A stretch of DNA of 64,000 nucleotides from Candidatus Latescibacterota bacterium. Its GTDB lineage: Bacteria > Latescibacterota > UBA2968 > UBA8231. The stretch is taken from NCBI GenBank assembly GCA_965248265.1, contig CBDFJF010000002.1, positions 3,968,001-4,032,000 of the forward strand, written 5' to 3'. Positions 18,537-27,969 of the stretch are shown here, in pieces (the stretch's first letter is position 1; each line of letters opens with the position of its first letter). A program made the translations under genes and the position numbers. A model generated the notes under the pieces. The model was given only the letters and a program-made list of their open reading frames with translations, did no database searches and was not told the DNA's origin.

Positions 18537-19928
18537 ATGGCCGGTTGGGAATCGTACCTGGATGATCACGCCGAGCGTTTCGTCGACGAGCTGTTGGAGT
18601 TCCTGAGGATCCCCAGCATTTCTGCACTGCCAGACAACGCGGATGATGTGCGACGGGCCGCCGTGTGGGTCACCGATCGCCTGCGGGCGGCCGGGGTGGA
18701 GAATGTCGAAGTGCTGGAGACGGAGGGCTTGCCCAGTGTGTATGGGGATTGGTTCCATGCGCCGGGCCGCCCCACATTGCTGATCTACGGCCATTTCGAC
18801 ACCCAACCCGTGGACCCAGTGGAATTGTGGACGGACGGCCCATTCGATCCTCAGGTTCGCGACGGACGGATCTACGCTCGCGGTTCCTCGGATGACAAGG
18901 GCAACATGCTGCTGCCGATCCTGGCCGTCGAGGCCCTGCTCGCATCGACTGGCGGCCTGCCCGTGAACGTGAAATTCCTGCTGGAGGGCGAAGAAGAGAG
19001 CGGCAGCCAGCATCTTCCCGCCTTGGTTTCAAAGCACCAGGAACGCCTGCAATGTGATTGGGCACTCTGCGCCGACGGGACCCAGCGCGGTGAGGAGGAG
19101 CCCGCCGTGCTGCGGGGTTTCAAGGGGATGTGCGCCCTGCAGGTTGACGTGACCGGTCCCAACATGGACCTGCACTCGGGTATTTTTGGGGGCACCGTCC
19201 ACAACCCCCTACACGCGCTCAGCCAGATGCTGGCTTCCATGCACGCTGAGGATGGTCGCGTGCTCGTAGACGGGTTCTACGATGATGTGATTCCCTTAGC
19301 CGGTGTCGAGCAAGACTTGATCGCCGAAGTTCCCTGCGATGACGCAGAGTACCAGGCACTGCTGGGCGTTGCCGAGCTCTTTGGAGAGCCCGGATATACC
19401 ACCCTCGAGCGCGCCTGGGCGAGACCAACGCTGGAAGTCAACGGCATGTGGGGCGGATTCAGCGGTGATGCCGTGAAGACGGTTCTACCTTCACAGGCAC
19501 ACGCCAAAATCACCTGCCGCCTGGTTCCTGACCAAAACCCGGAGAGGATTTCCGGCCTGGTTGCCGATCATTTGAAGAACCACCGTCCGCCGGGGGTTGA
19601 AGTCTCCGTCAACATCGAGGAGTCGCAGGCATGGCCTTATCTCATGCCGGTGGACCATCCGGGAAATCGGGCCGCCCATATAGTCCTGGAACAGCTGTAC
19701 GGGAGACCGCCCTATTACACCAGGCTCGGCGGTAGCCTGCCGGTGTGCGGCATCCTTCTGGACGTCCTCGACGTCTACACGGTCACATTCTCCTTTGGCC
19801 TGGAAGATGAGAACGCACACGCCCCGGATGAATTCTTCCGCTTGAGCAGCTTCGAGCGCGGCCAGCGCGCCTATTGCATGCTGCTTGAACAAACCGGCAC
19901 CACAGCGGCCGCTACATCGGGCGGGTGA
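18537..19928 (+). CDS. M20 family dipeptidase
   Basis: YGHFDTQP, RGSSDDKG, EGEEESGS, DLHSG, HAPDE. Confidence 0.92.
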   Translation: MAGWESYLDDHAERFVDELLEFLRIPSISALPDNADDVRRAAVWVTDRLRAAGVENVEVLETEGLPSVYGDWFHAPGRPTLLIYGHFDTQPVDPVELWTDGPFDPQVRDGRIYARGSSDDKGNMLLPILAVEALLASTGGLPVNVKFLLEGEEESGSQHLPALVSKHQERLQCDWALCADGTQRGEEEPAVLRGFKGMCALQVDVTGPNMDLHSGIFGGTVHNPLHALSQMLASMHAEDGRVLVDGFYDDVIPLAGVEQDLIAEVPCDDAEYQALLGVAELFGEPGYTTLERAWARPTLEVNGMWGGFSGDAVKTVLPSQAHAKITCRLVPDQNPERISGLVADHLKNHRPPGVEVSVNIEESQAWPYLMPVDHPGNRAAHIVLEQLYGRPPYYTRLGGSLPVCGILLDVLDVYTVTFSFGLEDENAHAPDEFFRLSSFERGQRAYCMLLEQTGTTAAATSGG

Positions 19929-19930
19929 TT

Positions 19931-22900
19931 CTAGGCGGCCATGCTTTCGCGCAAGCGGCCGGAGAGAATACGCATCATGTTGAAGGCGATCGAAGAGTAG
20001 CGCCGGAGAATGCGTTCCAGGTCGCCGCGTTGCAGAGAGAGCAGGGCGCATTCTCGCACGGCGATCACGGAAGCTGAGCGCGGCTCGTCATCCAGCAGGG
20101 CCATGTCGCCGAACACCTGCTTGTCCTGCATCGTCGCTATCAGATGGCCCCCGGTGACATCCGTGCCAGAGGCTTCTTCTTCGTTATCGAAGCGCCGGAC
20201 TTCCAACTCCCCCTCGACGACGATGTACATCTTGTCCCCTAAGGTGCCCTGACGAATGACTGTAGTGCCATCTTTCACGCTCTCTTCCTGGACGGATAGT
20301 GCGATGTGGTAGAGTTCCTCCAGGGGTAGGGCGGCGAAAAATGGAGATGCCTTCAGGAAGGTGATCTTTTCCATGCTGGTCAGGGGTTGATCTCTTTCCA
20401 TGTCACTCCCTCTCTTGTGTCCGCTTGTGTTTCCATTAGTTCGCTGATTCATCATTTCCGCAATCGGTTCATCCACGGAGTCGGGCAAACTATCCAATAG
20501 ATCCCTGCGATCGTTGGTGATGGCGACCCAGGCGGAGGCCATCTGCGTCCAGCGGTCGTGCGAGCCCAGCGCGCACCGCAGCGCCTCGTCGATGCCACGT
20601 TGGCCTCTTCCATCCCAGTCGACGTTGGCGCCGGCAGCGAGCCTGCCCTCCTCTTCGTCGTCGCTCATCAGCGGCAGCAGCAGCTGCATCAAGGCGGAGT
20701 CGCCGATGTTTTCGAGCAATTCGATGGCATTCTCGCGAGCTGCCTCATCCTCCTCGTTGAGCCTGTCCAGCAGACTGTTGACGATGCCGACGTCACCCAG
20801 ATGTCCCAGTACCCGGATGGTCCCATTCTGTGCCGCGCGGCACTGCAGTTGAAGCTGATCTGCCAACAGATCAGACGCCTGCCCGGGGCATTGCCGCCTG
20901 ACGATAGATGATGCTACCAGATAGGTATTGGCCTCGTGCAGCCGTGCCGAACACGACCCCACAACTTCCGGGATCAAGGCTTCGTCCTCTTGATCCACCA
21001 GGGCACTGACCAGTCTCTCCCAGTGAGGCAGCGGACGTTCGCGCAGAGCCTGCACCAGGGGGTCCCCCCTATTGGCTCCCACATTCGAGCGCAGTCCGCT
21101 GACTGCGGCGTCCGCGACATCGGGATCCGGGTCGCCGAGCAATTCCAACATGGTATCGAGGATTCCTTCATCCGGCAGGTCACGCAGGCCGGCGATCGCG
21201 CTTTCACGCACCGCGGCATGGGCGTGTGACAGGTGCTCGATGATCTGTGGGAACCCGGCCGCCAGTCCCATGCGGGCGGCCGCCGCGATACCTGCCGTGA
21301 TCTCCTCGACCGAATCGCTTTCCAGCAGCTGCTCAACCATGATCGTTTGCATCGATGCCGATCCCGGATCATCCAGCCGGTGCAGGATGAACAGAAGCTG
21401 GCCCAACAACGCGGCATTGTTGGCCGCGGACACCAGCCGTGGTGAAACCGCGTCGATGATCTGCACCCTCAATTCCGCTTCGATGGCATCGTGCCCGGTG
21501 GACCCACCATCCGCTTCGGTCGCAGTCTCGACGGACTGTGCGATAACGCGTGCCGCGCTCTGCTGGACTTCGCTGTCCTCGTCGTCCAGGAGCGGAAGCG
21601 TCTGACTGATCACCTCTGGCAATGCGGTGGATGATGAGACCCCGCCCATCGCCTCCAGGGCGGCACTTCGGATCCGGGGGTTTTCGTGAGTCGTCAACGG
21701 CAGACAGATCGGCACGGCCGCATCCGAGCTTCGACGTAGGATCTCGATTCCCATCTCTCGCACCGAGTCTTCCCGATGCAGCAACAGACTCTGTGCGAAT
21801 TCACCAGACTGGGCGATCACTTCGTTCAGTGATTGCATCGCCTGCTCGTCATCCATGGCAACATTGCGCTCTTGGACAGCCTTGATCAACACTTCGGTAT
21901 AGCTGGCGCGTAGGCGCCAGCCGGTGACCACCATCAAGCCCGCGATGACCCCGAGGAGGGCGAAAAACTCCCATAGGGCGAGTAACTCTCGCGCATGCAG
22001 GGCCGTAACCCCTGCTCCCAACAACCCGCCGAACAGCATGAACCCTCCCTCCATGATCATGCGTGTTCCATCGCTGTTGCGAGGCGGAACCAGCTTGATC
22101 AGGACCTGGTACGTGGGGGCAATGATGCTGTCGAGGAGCACGTAATTGAGGACATTACACACGAAAATGACCACGACTATGGATGCCGGCAGGATGCCCT
22201 CGAAAACAGACAGCAACACCAGGGCGATCACCAGGTGAACGGCGCACACCCACATGTACAGGCTGCCGACCCCGAGCCACCTGAGCACTCGGCGCAGCGC
22301 GAGTGTGGTAACGACGAGGGTAGCCACTCCGGCCACGCCAAAAAACAATCCGAAGAAAGCGGTGATATCGCCTTCTGACGAGTAGTGTTGACGAGCAACC
22401 ACGTTGAAGCCGTAATGGATGGCCGTGTACAGAGCGAACAAGGCCAGCGACAGAATGAAGAGCAATTTGAGGTAACTGGATCCTGCGAAGTATTTGAGGT
22501 TCTCTCCGATCGTGGCTGCTTCGGTTTCCTCTCCCGCGCTGGCGGCCGAAACGAAGTAGCGACGCATCAGGGGGCGAAGCAGCAGGATGACGATGATGGC
22601 GTTGAGGACGGACAGACCATACGTCTCGTGGGAAGCCAGGTAGGCCCCCAGGACACCCACCAGGAATCCGCCGCCGATATCGCCGAGGGTGGTACTGGCT
22701 GCCAGCAGGGGGAACAAGACCTTCGCTCTCGACGTGAAGCAAATTCCACCGGCGATGATCCAGATCTGAAAATTGGCCATGCTGCGGACGATCTCAGAGG
22801 AGATGAACAGGAAGGGATAGAATCCCGATCCAGCCAGATCGGCCCCATCCCCGCCCTGATCCACCCACAGCAGCACAGCATTGATGGCAAGTACGACGAC

Positions 22901-23176
22901 CATGAAGCCAAGCAGGCCGAAGATCAATCGCTCTCGTCTTACCTTGGTGGTCAGGTAGGAGAGCAACACCATGGTCAGAGAGAACAGCCAGGCGATCCAC
23001 GTGTACATCTCCGGCAACCGATCGACGCCGGCGCGCACGTTGAAGACCCCCGCCGACACGCTTTTGACGATAGCATCGTTGATGGCCACGAGAAGAAAAA
23101 TCAGTGCGGCCAGCGAGATGCGGGGAACCTCACTGCGGCGCAGACTCAACAGTCTAAGGAGGGTGTTCATCGTCAC
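19931..23176 (-). CDS. Membrane transporter (NTP-translocase/MFS-like) - HEAT repeat - cNMP-binding fusion protein
   Basis: About 12 hydrophobic segments in the N-terminal ~420 aa, HEAT-like repeats (HENPRIRSAALEA, DPDPDVADAAV), and C-terminal cNMP domain (FGDMALLDDEPRSASV). Confidence 0.85.
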   Translation of the reverse strand: MTMNTLLRLLSLRRSEVPRISLAALIFLLVAINDAIVKSVSAGVFNVRAGVDRLPEMYTWIAWLFSLTMVLLSYLTTKVRRERLIFGLLGFMVVVLAINAVLLWVDQGGDGADLAGSGFYPFLFISSEIVRSMANFQIWIIAGGICFTSRAKVLFPLLAASTTLGDIGGGFLVGVLGAYLASHETYGLSVLNAIIVILLLRPLMRRYFVSAASAGEETEAATIGENLKYFAGSSYLKLLFILSLALFALYTAIHYGFNVVARQHYSSEGDITAFFGLFFGVAGVATLVVTTLALRRVLRWLGVGSLYMWVCAVHLVIALVLLSVFEGILPASIVVVIFVCNVLNYVLLDSIIAPTYQVLIKLVPPRNSDGTRMIMEGGFMLFGGLLGAGVTALHARELLALWEFFALLGVIAGLMVVTGWRLRASYTEVLIKAVQERNVAMDDEQAMQSLNEVIAQSGEFAQSLLLHREDSVREMGIEILRRSSDAAVPICLPLTTHENPRIRSAALEAMGGVSSSTALPEVISQTLPLLDDEDSEVQQSAARVIAQSVETATEADGGSTGHDAIEAELRVQIIDAVSPRLVSAANNAALLGQLLFILHRLDDPGSASMQTIMVEQLLESDSVEEITAGIAAAARMGLAAGFPQIIEHLSHAHAAVRESAIAGLRDLPDEGILDTMLELLGDPDPDVADAAVSGLRSNVGANRGDPLVQALRERPLPHWERLVSALVDQEDEALIPEVVGSCSARLHEANTYLVASSIVRRQCPGQASDLLADQLQLQCRAAQNGTIRVLGHLGDVGIVNSLLDRLNEEDEAARENAIELLENIGDSALMQLLLPLMSDDEEEGRLAAGANVDWDGRGQRGIDEALRCALGSHDRWTQMASAWVAITNDRRDLLDSLPDSVDEPIAEMMNQRTNGNTSGHKRGSDMERDQPLTSMEKITFLKASPFFAALPLEELYHIALSVQEESVKDGTTVIRQGTLGDKMYIVVEGELEVRRFDNEEEASGTDVTGGHLIATMQDKQVFGDMALLDDEPRSASVIAVRECALLSLQRGDLERILRRYSSIAFNMMRILSGRLRESMAA

Positions 23177-23189
23177 TCACGCTTCGGCA

Positions 23190-24227
23190 TCAGCTGTCAC
23201 CCTTGTCCGAGGCGTCGCCCTTCCCCCACACGTCAATCATTTGCGGCCCCTGGGCGATATACTCCTCGGAAGAGACCTCATCGAGTGATCGCAGACGCTC
23301 AGTGACCTCGGAGATCCGCTTAACCTGCTCCTCAATCTTGCGCAACTTCCTCGTCGTCTTGTCATCGAGATCCGGATTCATCAAGCGCATGGCTTGTGCG
23401 TTGGTCGAGATGATCAAAAGCGGATTGTTGATCTCGTGATTGATCGTAACCACCATCTGCCCGACGGTAGCCAGCTTTTCCATGCGCATGAGCTCTTGTT
23501 CCAGACGCACACGTTCCGTGATATCCGTCGTCATCAGGATCGTGCCCGTGAGTCCGCCACCCTGATCACGCAACGGGGTGACTTCCGTCGACAAGACCAG
23601 ATCGCCCTGTTCTGTGTTGAAGGATCCTTTCTCTGCTTCAGCGGCCTGCACCGAACCGGCGATGATTTCCTGGCACAACGCATGCCAACGCGAGCCGGGA
23701 TCGTCGGGCAGAACCTGGAGCAGGGTAGACCCGATCACACCAACCAGGTCGGCGACGCCGGCCAGCTTGTTGAAAAATCCGAGCATCTGGGGGTTGGCGG
23801 AAGTAATGCGCAGATTGTGATCGAGGACGACAACCCCGACCGGTATCTGACCCAATATCTGCTCCAGATAATGTCGTGCAGTCACCTGGATATCACGGGT
23901 GAGCATTTCGCTGGTGCGATCCGTGAACATGACGAGGTACTCTCCTTCTTCGTCATCCCCATGCAGGTTGATACTCACCTCGAACGAACTGTCGCCGTTA
24001 CGCCAGGAGAATCGCTCCTCTTCTCCGGGAGACAGGCTGGCCGTCGCCAATGCCAGATTGTCTCCGAGTTCGGTTTGTGTGTCTGCCAAGGCCTGGGCGA
24101 GACGCTCGCAATTACCAGATCCAACTGCCAGACCAACTGCTTTGAGCGCAGCTTTGTTGCAGTCAAGGACTTCGAGTGCATCATTGACGATCATCGCAGC
24201 CTGCGGAAGGGCATCCAGTTGCATCAC
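23190..24227 (-). CDS. PAS-PAS-HisKA protein lacking a HATPase domain
   Basis: PAS C-termini (DRTSE, DITERVRLE), H-box VTINHEINNPL; protein ends about 80 aa later with no N/G boxes. Confidence 0.85.
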   Translation of the reverse strand: MMQLDALPQAAMIVNDALEVLDCNKAALKAVGLAVGSGNCERLAQALADTQTELGDNLALATASLSPGEEERFSWRNGDSSFEVSINLHGDDEEGEYLVMFTDRTSEMLTRDIQVTARHYLEQILGQIPVGVVVLDHNLRITSANPQMLGFFNKLAGVADLVGVIGSTLLQVLPDDPGSRWHALCQEIIAGSVQAAEAEKGSFNTEQGDLVLSTEVTPLRDQGGGLTGTILMTTDITERVRLEQELMRMEKLATVGQMVVTINHEINNPLLIISTNAQAMRLMNPDLDDKTTRKLRKIEEQVKRISEVTERLRSLDEVSSEEYIAQGPQMIDVWGKGDASDKGDS

Positions 24228-25054
24228 ATCCTCTTCAGATCTTTCAGCTCTGTGTTCATCCGCTCCATCACCGAGCGGACGTCAGCGACCTCCATCCCTA
24301 ACGTCTCGAGAGCGCTAGGCATCAGTCGCGGAATCTTGCTGTCCCCACCGTTGCCGAACGCCTCGGCTCGGCAAAGAACGTCGGCCAGATGCAGGATAGC
24401 TGTCCGTCCGGCATGATCTCGCTGCGGACGGAAATCATGGTGATCGACGATAGGCATGACGAGTTTGGCGGGTAGAGCCCACTTTTCCAGCAACCAGCCC
24501 GCGATGTCGCCGTGATGGCAACCCATCACCTGTTGCTCTGCATCGCAGAACAGCATGTCGAGTTTGTCCACCCTGCGCTTCACCATGCCAAATTCTGTTT
24601 CCAGCGTCTGGCACAGAACCACCTTGCCCAGGTCGTGGAGCAGCCCGATGACGCTGATTTCCTCCGGACTGGTCTCATCTCCCAATTCCGCGATGAAGAC
24701 ACAGGTTCGAGCGCATGCCAGCGAGTGCTGCCACAGCCCAGGAAGTGCCTGGTCCATGATCTCGAGTACGGAGGCACTGACAACGAGGCTCTTTACCGCA
24801 TCGAAACCGAGCATGGTCACGGCGTGGGACACGGTTGAGATCGGCTGCGAGAATCCGTAGAACCCTGAGTTTACCAACTTCAGCACTTTGGCAGACAGCA
24901 CTTGATCCTTGGCAATCTCATCACCCAACTGTTTGCCGGTAGTTTGTGGGTTGTCGACTATCTCCATCACCCGCACAATGACCGTCGGCAACGTCGGCAG
25001 ATTACCAGACTGCTCAATGCGGGCGCGGATCGCGCCCTTACGGTCTTGACTCAT
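24224..25054 (-). CDS. HDOD domain protein
   Basis: LPTLPTV, DQVLSAKVLKLVNSGFYG, LWQHS, GLLHDLGK, WALP. Confidence 0.93.
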   Translation of the reverse strand: MSQDRKGAIRARIEQSGNLPTLPTVIVRVMEIVDNPQTTGKQLGDEIAKDQVLSAKVLKLVNSGFYGFSQPISTVSHAVTMLGFDAVKSLVVSASVLEIMDQALPGLWQHSLACARTCVFIAELGDETSPEEISVIGLLHDLGKVVLCQTLETEFGMVKRRVDKLDMLFCDAEQQVMGCHHGDIAGWLLEKWALPAKLVMPIVDHHDFRPQRDHAGRTAILHLADVLCRAEAFGNGGDSKIPRLMPSALETLGMEVADVRSVMERMNTELKDLKRM

Positions 25055-25356
25055 CCCGGCCTTCGACTGAGATGCGTGCGCGCCACTCGTTTGATTTCTA
25101 GCATCAACTCATCCCCCTCCCATTCGGAGAAGCGATGCTCCAGTGCCTGGATCAGGGCATCGTCGTCCGCTCCCTCTTCACCATCTGCTTCATCCCCCTC
25201 TACGTGCAATTGGTTGATCCCCCAACCCTGCAAACGCGAGAGCACCGCCGGCGACAGCTTGGCCCCTTTGGGCAGCAACACCCGGCCCTGATCGTTGACT
25301 ACCGGTTCGGCCACGATATCCCCGACTTGGGCCTGTCCCACAGCTATCTCTTGCAT
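25051..25356 (-). CDS. Small protein resembling the N-terminal domain of HD-GYP proteins
   Basis: GDIVAEPVVNDQGRVLLPKGAKLS..L..WGI pattern; ATGA overlap with HDOD gene. Confidence 0.7.
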   Translation of the reverse strand: MQEIAVGQAQVGDIVAEPVVNDQGRVLLPKGAKLSPAVLSRLQGWGINQLHVEGDEADGEEGADDDALIQALEHRFSEWEGDELMLEIKRVARTHLSRRPG

Positions 25357-25384
25357 GGCTCGGTGTCTCTCCTGTGCATGGCGA

Positions 25385-26218
25385 TCACGGTTCCTTGAGC
25401 TCCGCCTTCGTCCAAAACTGCTTGAAATGCTCCTTCAACCACCCCATGGGCGAATGCGCGATCGAGTTGAATCCACCCCAGGTCCAGCGCACGGGCCAGT
25501 CGCGGCTGCGGGTGATTCGACGGACCACCTGCGCTCGCGCACCCACTGCCAACGTCACCCCCTTGCTGAGCCGCATGAGGGTCCGTTCGTACGCCGCGGT
25601 GAGCAGATTGTAGGCGTGTTGCTCGAGCTTCGCAGCGTCCATGACGCGGACTCGAGGACACAGCATGCCTGATTCTCTGACGGCGAACTCCTTCAACCAA
25701 CTCTCTGGCAAAGTGCCACGGTGTTTTTCGATGGCCTCCTCAATCGTCTGGGGATTCATCACCGCGTAGGTACGACAGATCAACGGTCGCACTGGGTAGA
25801 TCGAACAGTGATTGTTTTCCGCGAGGAAGGGGCAGCGCTGTGGACGCTCGACTCTGTGAGAGAGCAACTCATCGCGACGCGATGGTGAAAACTGTGCGGT
25901 GATGTAGTCTACGATGTTGACGTACTCAGCCGTGTAGAGCGGAAACATCGTGGCCCATCCCTGGCGCATCTCGTCCTCGGTGAGGGCGCAACACTCGCCG
26001 GAGTTCGCACAGCAGGTGGAAGGCACTTGGTCGTACATCGCCTGCAGCTGCTCCGCCAGCGTGCCCTCAGGGCCTGCCTCCGCCCCCTGTTCGACTTTGG
26101 AGGGCCCTGCCTCGACGGGACCTACTCCATCGTCCGCGGATGTCGCCAATGAGACCAGCCTGGTTTCGTTGATTGAGGAGGGATAGAGAGCGGCCAGAAC
26201 CTTGAAAAAATGCCCCAT
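25385..26218 (-). CDS. YkgJ-family cysteine-cluster protein (start uncertain)
   Basis: CCANSGECC, RCPFL, CSIYPVRPLICRTY. Confidence 0.8.
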   Translation of the reverse strand: MGHFFKVLAALYPSSINETRLVSLATSADDGVGPVEAGPSKVEQGAEAGPEGTLAEQLQAMYDQVPSTCCANSGECCALTEDEMRQGWATMFPLYTAEYVNIVDYITAQFSPSRRDELLSHRVERPQRCPFLAENNHCSIYPVRPLICRTYAVMNPQTIEEAIEKHRGTLPESWLKEFAVRESGMLCPRVRVMDAAKLEQHAYNLLTAAYERTLMRLSKGVTLAVGARAQVVRRITRSRDWPVRWTWGGFNSIAHSPMGWLKEHFKQFWTKAELKEP

Positions 26219-26304
26219 CGCCTGAAAATAGGCAAACGCTGGAGCACGGCGTTTTTCTTGACGGCCGTTCTGATCCAGGCTTATATCTGAATCGTGAGGT
26301 CAAG

Positions 26305-26481
26305 GTGACGAAACCGAAGAAATTCCTGGGCGTTCACTATCAATGTTGTAACGTCTACGCTCGCGCGTACGTCAACAAGGAAAAATCCGCCTATACCGGC
26401 GCCTGCCCCAGCTGCGGCAAGCAGGTGAAGGTCGCGATCGGTCCCGGTGGCACGGACAACCGTTTCTTTTCGGCGCGTTGA
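26305..26481 (+). CDS. 58-aa Cys-rich (Zn-ribbon-like) small protein, below ORF-track cut-off
   Basis: GTG 26305 after GAGG; MTKPKKFLGVHYQCCNVYARAYVNKEKSAYTGACPSCGKQVKVAIGPGGTDNRFFSAR-TGA. Confidence 0.75.
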   Translation: MTKPKKFLGVHYQCCNVYARAYVNKEKSAYTGACPSCGKQVKVAIGPGGTDNRFFSAR

Positions 26482-26508
26482 GCCGGGGATAGCCCGAGAC
26501 GATTTCAG

Positions 26509-27792
26509 TCAGCTGCTGCTGAGGCCACTGATCATGTCGGTGATCGTGGTGCGAATGATTGCCTCGCTGTCCGGCGAAATCATTCGAGTGCTTGGATAGA
26601 CCTTGTAGGCGTCTTCAACCTCATACCCCCCGTGCTCATACTCATCTGCCGTCGGCACGTAACCGATACAGCCATTGGCATACCCGCACAGAACGACCGG
26701 CCCTAACTCTGTTGACCGCTCCAGGTCCAGCTGATAGCGGACGAACATCTCGCCCTCCATTCCCAGCATGATCATTGAGCCGATGCGCAGCGCCTGGATT
26801 TCGAAAGGCGAAACCCCGTCGTCCCGGACGCCCGGTCGCGTGTCACGGACCCACTGAAGGTACGCCTGGGGAACCAACTGGTCCCAGTAGTCCGCGCCCC
26901 CAAGCCACTTCTTAGCCGTCGCTCGTGCCTTCAACACCATCACCCTCGCTGAGAGGCTCAATCGACCAGGAGACTCCAACAACGGCAGGGACACGGTCTT
27001 CTGTCGCACAGCAAGGGCTCCATCGGAAACGGCTTCACCATCCTGTTCCAGCCCATCGAGAACCGCGCGCCCCAACTCACTTCCCAATTCATCCACCTGC
27101 TGGTGAGTTCCATCGGTGAGGCGAGGGTTGATATCAGCACAGGCTCCATTCACGAACAGGGCTAACGAAGCACCAGCCTCTTCAATCACGCGGGCGGCAG
27201 CCCCTGGAAATTCCGCCGAGATCCCATGATTTCTCGGCCCCATCACGACAGGGTGACAGGCATGGCTGAAGACGATGGCCTTGCGAGCGGCGGTAGCGAT
27301 TTCAAGTACGTGAGCACACGATGGGACCGGACCATCCGGATCCCTCCGGTTGTGACCGATCTGAGCAGGTGTCTGAACATAGCGCAGTGTGGCTGGCTCT
27401 TGAGTCTCGTTCGCGGCAGCCATCGTGGCCACGGCTGAGTCCCGCAGCCGATCCATGTAGTCGGTATCCATCTCGCCCATGCCGCGAAACGCCAGTGTTA
27501 GTGGTCCCGCATGGGTGTGGGTACAGCAGACCATCACTGCGTCCTGCGAGATCCCGGTAAACGCGGCGATGCGATCCCTGATGACACGGACGTCTTCTGC
27601 TGACAGCGCGATGACGTCCAGGACAATCAAGGCCACGCTGGTGTCGTTGTCGCTGACAACGAGTGCCTTGACCAGCAGACGATCAAGAACCGCAGTCGAT
27701 CCGCTTGTCCGGCCCCAGTAGCCTCCCATGTGGGTGCCCTCCGGGGGTGTGATGTCGGCACTGGACCAGCCAGCCCGCAACTCAAGGCTCAT
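26509..27792 (-). CDS. Neutral/alkaline ceramidase-like protein
   Basis: RAGWSSADITP, MGGY, CTHTHAGP, HACHPV, NGACADINP, GYVPT...GGYE. Confidence 0.8.
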   Translation of the reverse strand: MSLELRAGWSSADITPPEGTHMGGYWGRTSGSTAVLDRLLVKALVVSDNDTSVALIVLDVIALSAEDVRVIRDRIAAFTGISQDAVMVCCTHTHAGPLTLAFRGMGEMDTDYMDRLRDSAVATMAAANETQEPATLRYVQTPAQIGHNRRDPDGPVPSCAHVLEIATAARKAIVFSHACHPVVMGPRNHGISAEFPGAAARVIEEAGASLALFVNGACADINPRLTDGTHQQVDELGSELGRAVLDGLEQDGEAVSDGALAVRQKTVSLPLLESPGRLSLSARVMVLKARATAKKWLGGADYWDQLVPQAYLQWVRDTRPGVRDDGVSPFEIQALRIGSMIMLGMEGEMFVRYQLDLERSTELGPVVLCGYANGCIGYVPTADEYEHGGYEVEDAYKVYPSTRMISPDSEAIIRTTITDMISGLSSS

Positions 27793-27807
27793 GTTTCAAA
27801 CGGCTAG

Positions 27808-27969
27808 GAGCCTGTCCGAGTATTCGCTTTGATAGGCGAGGGGGCGTCATTGTCGTCGATGGCAAGGCGCGTGATCGATCTGAATTGATGAATTCAGAGA
27901 GAGAAACGGAACGCTGGCAGTGGCGGCAATGACGCCCCCGCAGCCCAAATGGGATATTCGGACAGGCTC
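27808..27969. mobile_element. Miniature inverted-repeat element (MITE-like), CTAG-flanked
   Basis: Left GAGCCTGTCCGAGTAT and right ATATTCGGACAGGCTC are near-perfect TIRs; CTAG on both sides (27804-7, 27970-3); internal IR GGGGGCGTCATTGTCG / CGGCAATGACGCCCCC. Confidence 0.75.

Noticed and set aside
12288-19013. Long antisense ORFs 12288-13442, 16084-17496 and 17907-19013
   Set aside because: Shadow frames of dusB, the amidohydrolase/hemJ and nfo/M20; no recognisable domains.
20759-20770. GAGCCTGTCC match to the MITE TIR
   Set aside because: Short chance match inside a coding region with no partner end.
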